Position numbers and translations under genes: made by a program
In this document: one piece after another, positions 29,499 to 39,391 of the stretch
How the letters are laid out: every line of letters starts with the position of its first letter
How positions within the stretch are numbered: the stretch's first letter is position 1
The notes under the pieces: model-generated
Database searches by the model: none
The model's input: only the letters and a program-made list of their open reading frames with translations
What the model was told of the DNA's origin: nothing
From: Halobacteriovoraceae bacterium
GTDB lineage: Bacteria > Bdellovibrionota > Bacteriovoracia > Bacteriovoracales > Bacteriovoracaceae
Direction of reading: 5' to 3'
DNA: 64,000 bases
NCBI GenBank assembly: GCA_963719505.1
Contig: CAVRCF010000005.1
Coordinates: 960,001-1,024,000, forward strand

Positions 29499-31053
29499 GA
29501 CTACCCTTAAAATTTATTTTTATATCTTCAAAATACTTTTTTAAAAAGACATCAAAGTCTTCAGTATCTTCTTCCAGTTGTTTTTGCTCTAGAAGTGACT
29601 CTTTTGCGATTGCATCCCAAGAAGAATCGTACCCTCTTTTCATACCATCACTTTTGTAAGTCTTGGCCAAAGTAGAAATAGCGTCAATGATTGAGGACTT
29701 TTCATTAAACATAGACATGATTTTTTGAGAGGGAAGCTTTTCAATATCTTCTAATTTATCACTTTGAAAATCGAATGCCTTTTTGTATTTATCCGTTTCG
29801 AAAGCTTTGTCTAGCAGTTCAACATAAGGCTTCATTTTAATCATTATATTTTGGAAAAAGTCATCTTTAGAGACTTCTTTTTCATCTACCATTAATCTCA
29901 AATTGGGGTCTCGTCCCTCATTCACTATTAAAGAGAAATTCTCGTCGATTTCTTGGCATTCTTTTCCCGTGATTTTTGGGCTGTCTTCACATAGGCAAAA
30001 AAGTAAAAAAACATGCAAAAATCTCATCGCCTCTTTCTCAATACCTGTAGGTGAAAAGGGATTCACATCGAGTAGTCGAACTTCAACGTACTCAATCCCT
30101 CTTTCGTGCAAAGCTTGAAGAGCACTTTGCCCACTTTTTGCAATATTTTTTGGTCTTACTCTGGAATAAAACTCATTATCTATTTGAAGAAGATTTGTAT
30201 TGAGTTGCTTATAACCATTTTCATCTTTCAGCCCTATTTTTTCATAGGGAGGATATGACTTTAATCGAGCGGCTTCAAGAGTCTTAATATAAGTCTCTAA
30301 AGCATTATAGCAAATACCTATTTCATCCTGAGCGCTTGAAGTATAACCCAAGCCTCCCATCCTCAAACTTGTGGCGTATTTTTTTCCCCAAGTTTCAAAT
30401 CCAAGTTTTTCTAAAGTGTGCTTTTTATTTTTTAAAAATGACTCGTGAACAACTGGTGTCGCACCAAAGAGATACATAAGCAGCCCACTGAAACGTCTAT
30501 AGTTTCTGATGAGTTTAAAATATCCTTGGTTTTTAATTTCCTGTAAACTTAGAGTCGCATCAAAGTCTTTGGCATACTCACTCCAAAATTCATCTGTAAA
30601 TGAGAAGTTGTAATGCACACCTGCGATAGACTGCATCGACTTGCCATAACGATGACCCAAGCCAATTCTGTAAAGTTCTTTGAGCCTTCCTGTATTGGAG
30701 CTTCCATAATGGGCCACTCTAATATCTGAGTCTTTCATCGTGACTTTAGCCGGCATGCTCCACGGCCAAATATACTCATCATTTTCGAGTTTTTGATAAG
30801 TAAAATCATGCATCATCGACAGGTTATCGATAAGGTCGTCTGACTTTGAAAAGACTCCCGTTATGTACTCAAGAAGGGACTCACTATAATCCGTTGTAAT
30901 AAAAGGATGAGTCAGCTTCGAGCCAAGAGCTTTGGGGTGATCACTATTTGTCACTTCAAATGTCGAACTGACTCTCAAAGACTCTCTTTCAACACCTTGC
31001 CTGATAGTCGTTAAAAGGTTTGGGTTCTTTTTTATTTTCTCTAAAATAGACAA
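29491..31053 (-). CDS. gshA: Glutamate--cysteine ligase (E. coli-like class)
   Basis: GVERESLRV, ITTDYSESLLEYIT, MQSIAGVHYNFS, ATSLRM and YVEVRLLDVNPF motifs. Confidence 0.95.
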   Translation of the reverse strand: MSILEKIKKNPNLLTTIRQGVERESLRVSSTFEVTNSDHPKALGSKLTHPFITTDYSESLLEYITGVFSKSDDLIDNLSMMHDFTYQKLENDEYIWPWSMPAKVTMKDSDIRVAHYGSSNTGRLKELYRIGLGHRYGKSMQSIAGVHYNFSFTDEFWSEYAKDFDATLSLQEIKNQGYFKLIRNYRRFSGLLMYLFGATPVVHESFLKNKKHTLEKLGFETWGKKYATSLRMGGLGYTSSAQDEIGICYNALETYIKTLEAARLKSYPPYEKIGLKDENGYKQLNTNLLQIDNEFYSRVRPKNIAKSGQSALQALHERGIEYVEVRLLDVNPFSPTGIEKEAMRFLHVFLLFCLCEDSPKITGKECQEIDENFSLIVNEGRDPNLRLMVDEKEVSKDDFFQNIMIKMKPYVELLDKAFETDKYKKAFDFQSDKLEDIEKLPSQKIMSMFNEKSSIIDAISTLAKTYKSDGMKRGYDSSWDAIAKESLLEQKQLEEDTEDFDVFLKKYFEDIKINFKGSHA

Positions 31054-32718
31054 TTACGCACCGTGCTTTTGAATCATTGATATTGCATGAGCAACATTGA
31101 GAGCATGCGCCCTAATCTTTCTCAGTGCAACTACCATATCAGAATAAGTTAAAGCTGATAAGGCTTCATACTCACCTTTTGATACCCGGTCAAGATGTCT
31201 ATCTCTCATATCGTTGGCCCAAATTCTAAGTTCTTCACTTTTTCTATTAACCAACTCTATATCGTGCTTTTCAATTTTAAACAGTCCAATAGTCGACAGT
31301 TGAAAGAAGTCCCAAACTGAAATCATAAACTCTTCATACTCTTGGGTGCTGATCCCAGCGAGCTCTTTGTCTTTGATTTTTGATTTATAATTAACGATTC
31401 TTTCAAAATAGTCAGCAATTGACTCATACTCATCCGCAACTTTAATTAAAGCCTGCGTATGTTTAGACTGGTCTGTACTCATAGGCTTTTCCATGACTTT
31501 ACACAAAAAGACTGTAACTTCTTTTTGCATATTGTCAGTGATTTGCTCGTAATCTTTAACTTTCGCGAGATCTTTATAGCTTCCAGTTTTTAAATACTGA
31601 GTTGTGACATTATAAGAGCGATCTAAAATATCTTTCATCTTCTTAACTTCAGCATCTGCCTGAATGATCGCAGTTGCCGGTAAAATCTCAGAACTCTCTC
31701 CAACAAGCATGAGAGTTGGCTTCCCTTCCCCCTCTTTATCTGGCGTAATTTTAGTTACAAGCCTAGCTAACTGCCCAAGAAAAGGCAGAAAAATAATCGT
31801 TGAAGTGACATTGAAAAAAGTATGTGAAGCCGCAATATGCTGGGCTATGTTTGGCTTTGACCCATCATCGAGCGCCTGATCTGCAACTCCCGGCACAAGC
31901 CACTCGATAAACTCAATATAAAAAGGAAGGAATGAGAAAACAACGAGTACACCCAAAATATTAAATATGGCATGGGCTCGAGCTGCTCTTTTAGCATTAG
32001 TGGATGTACCAACCGAAGCTAAAATGGCCGTAATAGTTGTTCCAATATTTTCACCAAGAACAAGTGCAGCCGCAGTATTAAAGCCGATGACACCCGTTGA
32101 AGCCAAAGCAATCGTTATTCCAAGCATGGCCGAAGAAGATTGGATAATAACAGTAAGGAGACAGCCCGTTACAATAGAGGCAAAATAGCTTCCATAGTCA
32201 TCTCCAGAGAAGTAGCTAATCATATTTAAGAATTCAGCATTCGTTCTCAAAGGCTTAAAAGCACCACTCATCAACTCGAGACCTAAAAAGATCATCCCGA
32301 TACCAAAAATCACTCGACCAATATTTTGCGCTTTGTTATTTTTTGAGAATAAAGCTGGAAATATCCCAAGTGCGATAAAGAGAAGTCCATATTTTCCAAC
32401 TTTTATCGAAATGATCCAACCTGTAATAGTCGTCCCAATATTGGAACCGAAGATAACACCGATAGCTTGGGTAAGCCCCATCAATCCGGCGTTAACAAAT
32501 CCCACGACCATAACTGTTGTCACTGAGGAACTTTGGACAATCATCGTCACCAACATCCCTACTGTCACGGCGAGGACTCTATTTGTTGTTAAAGAGTTAA
32601 TGATTTTTGTGATAAAGTCACCAGCTGCTTGTTGAAGAGCATCTGACATTTGCTTCATCCCGTAAAAGAAGATTCCAAGACCACCCAAAAGAGTGTAGAT
32701 AATTTTAAAAGTATCCAT
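31054..32718 (-). CDS. Na+/phosphate cotransporter family protein with PhoU-like C-terminus
   Basis: Duplicated QSSS motif, GSNIGTT/GENIGTT repeats, helical C-terminal domain. Confidence 0.92.
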   Translation of the reverse strand: MDTFKIIYTLLGGLGIFFYGMKQMSDALQQAAGDFITKIINSLTTNRVLAVTVGMLVTMIVQSSSVTTVMVVGFVNAGLMGLTQAIGVIFGSNIGTTITGWIISIKVGKYGLLFIALGIFPALFSKNNKAQNIGRVIFGIGMIFLGLELMSGAFKPLRTNAEFLNMISYFSGDDYGSYFASIVTGCLLTVIIQSSSAMLGITIALASTGVIGFNTAAALVLGENIGTTITAILASVGTSTNAKRAARAHAIFNILGVLVVFSFLPFYIEFIEWLVPGVADQALDDGSKPNIAQHIAASHTFFNVTSTIIFLPFLGQLARLVTKITPDKEGEGKPTLMLVGESSEILPATAIIQADAEVKKMKDILDRSYNVTTQYLKTGSYKDLAKVKDYEQITDNMQKEVTVFLCKVMEKPMSTDQSKHTQALIKVADEYESIADYFERIVNYKSKIKDKELAGISTQEYEEFMISVWDFFQLSTIGLFKIEKHDIELVNRKSEELRIWANDMRDRHLDRVSKGEYEALSALTYSDMVVALRKIRAHALNVAHAISMIQKHGA

Positions 32719-32896
32719 AAGTTAATTCCGCCGAGTAAAATGAGGGTTTTATCCTGTTAATTTTAGGTTTTAGAGCTTATAACACCTATTAAAATATTTT
32801 GAAATAGCTTTAGCTGATTAAAACTATTAAGTTTTTGTTAGGATCAAATAATCTGAACGCAAAGACATAAATATAAGCTAAATCTAGGGTCACTTT

Positions 32897-32938
32897 CTAC
32901 AAAACGGTGACAAAACTCTGATTCATATGGAATAAGAT
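32897..32938 (+). promoter_or_regulatory. Candidate OmpR/PhoB-type (HemR-like) direct-repeat box CTACA-N6-TGACA-N6-TGATT plus -10 TAAGAT
   Basis: 11-bp periodic half-sites at 32897, 32908 and 32919 covering the -35 region; TAAGAT (32933-32938) lies 6 nt before the hemA ATG. Confidence 0.5.
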
Positions 32939-32944
32939 AACGCT

Positions 32945-33889
32945 ATGTTAGACCAGTTGGTATTAAATAATTTTTATAGTGGGTTTGATCATAATGAATA
33001 TGGGCAAACAGAAGAGTTTACTTTGGCCACATGTCAGAGAACTCTTATTCTCACTTTATCCAATAACCCCTATGAAGACCTCAAAGGTGTAGACGGGCAT
33101 CAGTGCCTCAAAGGCCTTGAGGCTTATAGTTATCTTTTAGAAATTATATGCGGCCTTAAAAGTAAACTCATCGGTGAAAATGAAATAGTTGGTCAGTTCA
33201 AAACAGCTTACAGAGACTACGTAAGCCTAGAAAAATCGAAAAGGTGCTCAAAGCTTTTAACCATTATTGAGAAGCTTTTCAAAGATGCTAAAAAGATTAG
33301 AACAGAATACCTTCTTGGTCTCACCCAAAAAACCTATTCTTCCATTGCTAGAAAACATATTGTTAATAAACACAAAGCCGACTCGGTCCTCATTTTGGGC
33401 TCAGGACAGCTCGCTGAAGATCTTATTAATCAGTTTAAAAAGAAAACAAATGTCTTTATCAGTGGACGAAACACCGAAAAAGTAGAGCAACTAGCAAAGC
33501 TACACAATGTTGAGATTGTTCCGTGGGGTTACCACGAAAGTCTTCTTAAATTTCCTTTCATCGCCAATTCCATTGGGTTTAAAGGGGTGCTTTTTAACGA
33601 AGAGTTTTTTGGAGACTGGTATAGCCGACACGATAAAAAACTTTTTGTCGATTTGGGATCACCATCTGCAGTACAAACAAAATTTTCCTATCTCGATGGT
33701 GTTATGAAATTAGATGACGTCTTTAAAGAAGGCGCTGTCCACGAAACTCAAAAATTAAATCAAATTGAAAAAGCCAGGACGGCAATGAAATCAATTGCCG
33801 TAAAAAGATTGGACGTCTTTAAAGAAAAGAAGTTGAAAAAAAAGACGTTCCAAACGAGAAGCCTGGAACAATATGTCGAAAACGTTTAA
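32945..33889 (+). CDS. hemA: Glutamyl-tRNA reductase (short form)
   Basis: TCQR catalytic Cys, GLKSKLIGENEIVGQ and LILGSG NADPH-binding motif. Confidence 0.88.
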   Translation: MLDQLVLNNFYSGFDHNEYGQTEEFTLATCQRTLILTLSNNPYEDLKGVDGHQCLKGLEAYSYLLEIICGLKSKLIGENEIVGQFKTAYRDYVSLEKSKRCSKLLTIIEKLFKDAKKIRTEYLLGLTQKTYSSIARKHIVNKHKADSVLILGSGQLAEDLINQFKKKTNVFISGRNTEKVEQLAKLHNVEIVPWGYHESLLKFPFIANSIGFKGVLFNEEFFGDWYSRHDKKLFVDLGSPSAVQTKFSYLDGVMKLDDVFKEGAVHETQKLNQIEKARTAMKSIAVKRLDVFKEKKLKKKTFQTRSLEQYVENV

Positions 33890-35366
33890 AATCGGAACAA
33901 GAGGAAGTCTCCTCGCAGTTACTCAATGTACATTAATAGCTCAAGAAATGACCAAAAGAACAGGGGCTAATTTTGAGTTAATCAAAATCGTCACCCAAGG
34001 TGATGCACAGACAGAGAAACCCCTTTGGCAAATGGATGGTAAAGACTTTTTCACAAAAGAACTCGATCAAGCTCTTCTTGAAAATAAAGTTGATCTCGTT
34101 GTTCACTCCTATAAAGACCTTGGAAGTGATAGACCTGATGGAATTGGTTTAGCCGCAATCACGCAACGACAGTTTGCCAACGATATACTTCTTATAAGAG
34201 AAGATAATATTAAAACGATTCAAGAAAAAGAAATCTTTAATGTCGGAACAAGCTCGCCTAGAAGAATAGTTAACGCCGAATCTTCACTTGTTGATTTTTT
34301 GCCAGGAGCTCATAAAAACTTAAAAGTAAAATGTTCAATGCTTCGAGGTAACGTCAACACCAGAATTCAAAAGTTAAAAGATGGTCATTACGATGCTATA
34401 ATTTTGGCTTTAGCGGGATTGGAAAGGTTAGCCCAAAAAGAAGAAAGTAAAAAGATATTAGAAGAACTCCTCGATGGACTTAACTTTATGGTTATGCCTC
34501 AAAAAGTTTTTCCAAGTTCAGCTTCTCAAGGAGCATTGGCCATTGAGTACAATGAAAATGAGAAAAACCCCGAACTTCTTGAAGTCTTAAAAAGTGTCCA
34601 CTGTGATAGAACACAACTCGAAGTCAAAAACGAGCGCGCTCTTTTTCAAACTTATGGAGGGGGCTGCCACCTTGCCGTTGGAATTAATACTCAAAGTCAC
34701 AAAGGTCTTCTTTTAGATATAGAAAAAGGAATGCATGGAGATCAATATATAGAGAGAACGACTCTTCATGGGAGTCGTCTCAATGAACTTCATGGCAAGC
34801 TTTTGTTCCTTCCCTTGGGTGAAACAGATAAGTTGGTTAAAAAGAAACCTCTTCATCCCAATCTCAAAGATGACTGCGCCTATTTTGTAACCTCGTCGTA
34901 TTGTCTTGAAGCCGTCAAAGAATTATCCCGTTCTACTCTTTACGCAAGTGGAACAAGAACGATGAAAAAGCTTGTCAGGCAAGGACAGTGGGTGAATGCT
35001 AGCGCTGATAGTCTTGGACACAAAGAAGTAAGCCGTATCCACTCCTCTATCGCCGTGGGCATAATGAATAAAAACAAAAAGCTTCTCGTGCTCTCCCACG
35101 ACGAAGCTGACTCGACAGCTGGAGATGTTATCCCTTGCTACAAAAGAGAAGTTTCAAACGAGCAAATGGACTTAACTTCGTACGAAGCATTTTACTGGTC
35201 AAGTTTTTTTCAATATCAAACTTATTTAAATCAATATCCAGAAATTAAAAATAAACTCCATGCCTGTGGTCTTGGAAAAACTTATGATCAGTTTATAGAA
35301 AACGATATTGCTGTCATTCCCGTTGAAAGCATGAGTAAACTCAAAGAAACGTGTAAAATCTTATAA
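33873..35366 (+). CDS. hemC: Porphobilinogen deaminase fused to a probable uroporphyrinogen III synthase (HemD-like) domain
   Basis: IGTRGSLLA, FFTKEL, VHSYKD, GTSSPRR, RGNVNTR and GGGCH motifs, plus about 190 extra C-terminal residues. Confidence 0.9.
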   Translation: MSKTFKIGTRGSLLAVTQCTLIAQEMTKRTGANFELIKIVTQGDAQTEKPLWQMDGKDFFTKELDQALLENKVDLVVHSYKDLGSDRPDGIGLAAITQRQFANDILLIREDNIKTIQEKEIFNVGTSSPRRIVNAESSLVDFLPGAHKNLKVKCSMLRGNVNTRIQKLKDGHYDAIILALAGLERLAQKEESKKILEELLDGLNFMVMPQKVFPSSASQGALAIEYNENEKNPELLEVLKSVHCDRTQLEVKNERALFQTYGGGCHLAVGINTQSHKGLLLDIEKGMHGDQYIERTTLHGSRLNELHGKLLFLPLGETDKLVKKKPLHPNLKDDCAYFVTSSYCLEAVKELSRSTLYASGTRTMKKLVRQGQWVNASADSLGHKEVSRIHSSIAVGIMNKNKKLLVLSHDEADSTAGDVIPCYKREVSNEQMDLTSYEAFYWSSFFQYQTYLNQYPEIKNKLHACGLGKTYDQFIENDIAVIPVESMSKLKETCKIL

Positions 35367-35376
35367 GGAAAAAATA

Positions 35377-36636
35377 ATGAATTCAGATCAACTTTTTCAA
35401 AAATCTTTAACTTTTGTCCCAGGCGGAGTTCACTCTCCAGTAAGAAGTTTTAAAGGTCTTCATCAAACGCCTCGGTTTATTAACAAAGCTTTTGGCGCTT
35501 ACCTAGTAGACGAAGAGAAAAAAAACTATATCGACTTTTGTATGAGCTTTGGTCCCCTTATCCTAGGCCATAGAAATGAAACTGTAGAAAGAGCTGTTAT
35601 TGAAGCAATCACTCGTGGTTGGACCTATGGTGCTTGTGAAAAGTATTCACTGGAGCTGGCCGAATTTCTTATCAATAAAATACCTCATATAGATCAAATT
35701 CGTTTTGTGAATTCAGGAACAGAAGCCGTTATGTCTGCGGTAAGGCTCGCTCGTGGGTTTACGGGAAAAACAAAAATTATAAAGTTTGATGGCTGCTACC
35801 ATGGTCACTTGGATGGAATGCTTATCAAAGCCGGCTCTGGTTTAGCCGGAGAGGGAGATTCTACATCCGCAGGAGTTACTAAGCAGATGGCTGCTGATAC
35901 TCTTATTTGCGAGCTTGGAGATATTGAAGCTGTTCGAGAAATATTTAAGCAAAATAAAGGAGAGGTTGCCGCTATCTTCATTGAGCCCCTTCCAGCTAAT
36001 AATGGAATCCTTATTCAGGATCAAGAGTTTTTAAAAGAGCTAAGAACACTTTGTGATGAAAATGAAAGTCTTCTTGTCTTCGATGAAGTTATCTCAGGGT
36101 TCAGAGTTGGATTTGAGGGAATGGCAAAAGATCTTGGTATCATTCCTGACATGGTGACATACGGAAAAATTATCGGCGGAGGATTTCCCGTCGGTGCTGT
36201 GGCTGCAAAAAAAGAAATCATGCAAAGACTCGCTCCAGTTGGAGATGTCTATCAGGCTGGGACCTTGAGTGCCAACCCTGTGGCCATGGCCGCGGGCCTT
36301 GCTAACCTCAAGCAGCTCACTCCCCACTTCTATGTTGATTTAGAAAACAAGGCCAATGCAATAGTAAAGATTTTCAATGACTGGCTGGCTCAAAGTGAGT
36401 TTAGTGATTATAGTATTATCCAATACAAGTCTCTTTTTTGGCTTACTCCTGGTGAGAAAGGAATCAAAAAACCAAGTCAAATTCCAAAAAACCTCACAGA
36501 CAGATTCTATAAACTTTTTGAAAACGTTTCGAACAAGGGCATTTATCTGTCTCCAAATGCTTATGAAATTGGATTTGTCAGTGCAGCCCATGATCAAGAG
36601 GTACAAGAAGAATTAAAAGCTAGGCTATGGAGTTAA
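35377..36636 (+). CDS. hemL: Glutamate-1-semialdehyde 2,1-aminomutase
   Basis: PGGVHSPVR, FVNSGTEA, FDEVISGFR, GKIIGGGFP and YQAGTLS motifs. Confidence 0.97.
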   Translation: MNSDQLFQKSLTFVPGGVHSPVRSFKGLHQTPRFINKAFGAYLVDEEKKNYIDFCMSFGPLILGHRNETVERAVIEAITRGWTYGACEKYSLELAEFLINKIPHIDQIRFVNSGTEAVMSAVRLARGFTGKTKIIKFDGCYHGHLDGMLIKAGSGLAGEGDSTSAGVTKQMAADTLICELGDIEAVREIFKQNKGEVAAIFIEPLPANNGILIQDQEFLKELRTLCDENESLLVFDEVISGFRVGFEGMAKDLGIIPDMVTYGKIIGGGFPVGAVAAKKEIMQRLAPVGDVYQAGTLSANPVAMAAGLANLKQLTPHFYVDLENKANAIVKIFNDWLAQSEFSDYSIIQYKSLFWLTPGEKGIKKPSQIPKNLTDRFYKLFENVSNKGIYLSPNAYEIGFVSAAHDQEVQEELKARLWS

Positions 36637-37535
36637 ATAGAACAAATAACTGGTTCTACCTCGGAGTTGGACTAGCAACATCCTTTATTCTCGTTTTAGG
36701 AGCTTGGTGGCTGTATCTTGTTTTCAAGTTGGCCGCAAAACTCAATAGTGCTGAAATTCCAAACCTTGAAGGTAATCTTATTTCGATGGTTAAATGGGAG
36801 GGTTTTACTTTTTTTATCCTACTCATAGGTCTGGGTTCTGCTCTTCTTTACTTTTTCTTTCAAGATCATAAAAAGACCAATTCTCTGCATTCTTTTTTTG
36901 CTTCTTTAACTCATGAATTAAAAACGCCTCTGGCAAGTATTCGCTTGCAGTCACAGGTCATGGACGAAAACATTGATGACTTAAATGTCTCCGATGAAGA
37001 AAAAAATAAAATAAAAAAATATAGTTCAAGACTTTTACAAGACACTATTCGACTAGAAGATCAACTCGACAAGCATCTTCAGCTGTCTCGACTTGAAAAA
37101 GATCATTATCTTCAAAAAGAAGAACTCAATTTAAAAAGCTTTATCCTTAGAGAATATTCAAAACTTGGTCTTGAAGCTCCCAATCTAGAAGCACTTGAAG
37201 GTGCAACAATACATGCAAACCCTTTTACAGTCTCCTTAATCCTAAAAAATCTCATTGAGAATACACTTCGCCACAGTCCCTCCTCTAAAGGGGGCAAATT
37301 TAGTTATAGCCAAGCTCATAAAACAGCGATTCTAACATATACTGATAACGGAGAAGCTTTCGAAGGAGACCTTTCAAAGCTTGGTCAACTTTTTTACAAG
37401 TACAAATCCCCAAAAGGTTCAGGGATAGGACTATACCTTATCAAAAGATTGATGAAAAAAAATGGTGGAAAGCTTGGCATTAAAGCCTCGCCCCATTTAG
37501 TGTTCACTTTAACTTTTGAAAAAGAGTCTCCATGA
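36627..37535 (+). CDS. Sensor histidine kinase (two TM segments, short loop) inside the heme operon
   Basis: THELKTPLA H-box, LIENTLRH N-box, DNG and GSGIGL G-boxes. Confidence 0.92.
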   Translation: MELNRTNNWFYLGVGLATSFILVLGAWWLYLVFKLAAKLNSAEIPNLEGNLISMVKWEGFTFFILLIGLGSALLYFFFQDHKKTNSLHSFFASLTHELKTPLASIRLQSQVMDENIDDLNVSDEEKNKIKKYSSRLLQDTIRLEDQLDKHLQLSRLEKDHYLQKEELNLKSFILREYSKLGLEAPNLEALEGATIHANPFTVSLILKNLIENTLRHSPSSKGGKFSYSQAHKTAILTYTDNGEAFEGDLSKLGQLFYKYKSPKGSGIGLYLIKRLMKKNGGKLGIKASPHLVFTLTFEKESP

Positions 37536-38227
37536 AAGAGAGTTTAAATATTCTTCTGGTCGAAGATGAAGCCAATCTTGGAGAAACTCTTTGTGACTAT
37601 CTCAACTCCAAAGGACACAGTGTAGAGCTGGCAAAAACACAACTCGAAGCTCAAAAGCTTTTTGGTCCTCAGTTCCATGTCGTTCTAATGGATATAAATC
37701 TTCCAGATGGAGATGGATTAACTTTGGCCCGTGAATTTCGCCAAAAAAATCAAAATTTTGTTCTCCTCTTTTTATCCGCTCAAAATGATCCTGAAACAAA
37801 ATACCAAGGACTTGAATTGGGTGCGGAAGACTATATTACAAAACCTTTTGACCTTCGAGAATTAAACCTTCGCCTTACCAGAATTTTAAAAAGCTCCCAG
37901 AGGCTAGAGCAAATGAAATCGGAGATCAACCTTGGAAACCTAAAAATACTTTTCAGCCGTTTTCAAGTTATTGACGGAGAAGGTGTCACGATAAATCTTT
38001 CTCAAAAAGAGTGCTCAATTTTAGAACTTTTATACAATAACAAAGATGAAGTTGTCAGTCGTGATGAAATCATTAATCAAATATGGGGAGAGGACTCCTT
38101 TCCCTCCAATCGCACAGTCGATAACTATATTGTGAAACTCAGAAAATGGCTCGAGTCAGACTCTGAAGGTTTTTCTCAAATAAAATCGGTCCGTGGTGTG
38201 GGCTATACACTTACTACTAAGGAGTAA
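37532..38227 (+). CDS. OmpR/PhoB-family response regulator inside the heme operon
   Basis: LVEDE, MDINLPDGDG and YITKPF receiver motifs; RTVDNYIVKLR...VRGVGY winged helix. Confidence 0.95.
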   Translation: MKESLNILLVEDEANLGETLCDYLNSKGHSVELAKTQLEAQKLFGPQFHVVLMDINLPDGDGLTLAREFRQKNQNFVLLFLSAQNDPETKYQGLELGAEDYITKPFDLRELNLRLTRILKSSQRLEQMKSEINLGNLKILFSRFQVIDGEGVTINLSQKECSILELLYNNKDEVVSRDEIINQIWGEDSFPSNRTVDNYIVKLRKWLESDSEGFSQIKSVRGVGYTLTTKE

Positions 38228-38229
38228 AA

Positions 38230-39270
38230 ATGAATGATATTTTTGAAAACAGAATTGAAGTAAATGGAAAGAAAAGAGTTCCCGTATGGTTTATGCGTCA
38301 AGCAGGAAGATATCACGATCACTATCAAAACCTTAAAAAATCTCATGACTTTATGGAGCTCTGTAAAACACCACAGCTTGCTTGTGAAGTTACAATGGGA
38401 CCCATTAATGAATTTGACTTCGATGCAGCGATTCTCTTTTCAGACTTACTCTTTCCTCTAGAGCAGATGGGCACTGGTCTGATCTATAATCCAGGACCTC
38501 AACTATCTAAGACTATTCCAACCCTTGAGCATCTGAAAGAGCTAAAAATGACAGGGCACTCCCAGGACTATTATCAATTTCAAAAAGATGCTTGTGTTCA
38601 TTTAAAAAAAGCCCTCCCTGATACGAAAACACTTTTAGGTTTTGTTGGTGCTCCTTTTACACTATACGCTTACGCAGTCGAGGGAAGTCATGCCGGTGCT
38701 CTTGTAAGCTCCAAGACAGGTCTCTATGATGGACGCTTTGAGAAGTTCACAGAAGTTCTCCTCCCAAACGTTCTCGGAGAGATGATCATGCAAGCAGAAG
38801 GTGGCGCAGATGCAATGTGCATATTTGACACAGCTGTTGGAGAGCTTACGGTTAAAGACTTTAAAAATATCGTTCTTCCCAAATTGAAATGGCTGACAAA
38901 AGAATTTAAAGCCCTTTATCCTCATAAGCAGATCATCTACTATTCAAGAAATACTCATCTTAATCATATTCGTGAGATTCAAGATGAAAATATTGATGTT
39001 CTAGGTGTTGATTGGCGCCATGATATTGGAGCGGTTCTCAATGAGTTTGGAAAAGACTACTATATTCAGGGAAATTTTGATCCTTGTTGGCTTCACTTGC
39101 CTTGGGACCAATGTGAGGCAAACTTGAAAGATTTTTATAGAGAAATTACTGATCATAATGCTCCTTTGGACAAGTGGATCTGTGGACTTGGACATGGTGT
39201 GCTTCAGCACACACCTATGCAAAACGTCAAAAATAGTGTGCAATTCATTCACGAAAACTTTATCTATTAA
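38230..39270 (+). CDS. hemE: Uroporphyrinogen decarboxylase
   Basis: PVWFMRQAGRY, AILFSDLL, GFVGAPFTL and GLGHGV motifs. Confidence 0.96.
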   Translation: MNDIFENRIEVNGKKRVPVWFMRQAGRYHDHYQNLKKSHDFMELCKTPQLACEVTMGPINEFDFDAAILFSDLLFPLEQMGTGLIYNPGPQLSKTIPTLEHLKELKMTGHSQDYYQFQKDACVHLKKALPDTKTLLGFVGAPFTLYAYAVEGSHAGALVSSKTGLYDGRFEKFTEVLLPNVLGEMIMQAEGGADAMCIFDTAVGELTVKDFKNIVLPKLKWLTKEFKALYPHKQIIYYSRNTHLNHIREIQDENIDVLGVDWRHDIGAVLNEFGKDYYIQGNFDPCWLHLPWDQCEANLKDFYREITDHNAPLDKWICGLGHGVLQHTPMQNVKNSVQFIHENFIY

Positions 39271-39391
39271 GTCGCCGAAGCGTTAATTTTTCTTAATGCT
39301 CCTACGTTAAGCACTTGAAATTAGGCTAAATGGAAGATGAATAAAATATTAATTTTTTAAGGATACTTAACAATGGTTTACATTGTTGAGT

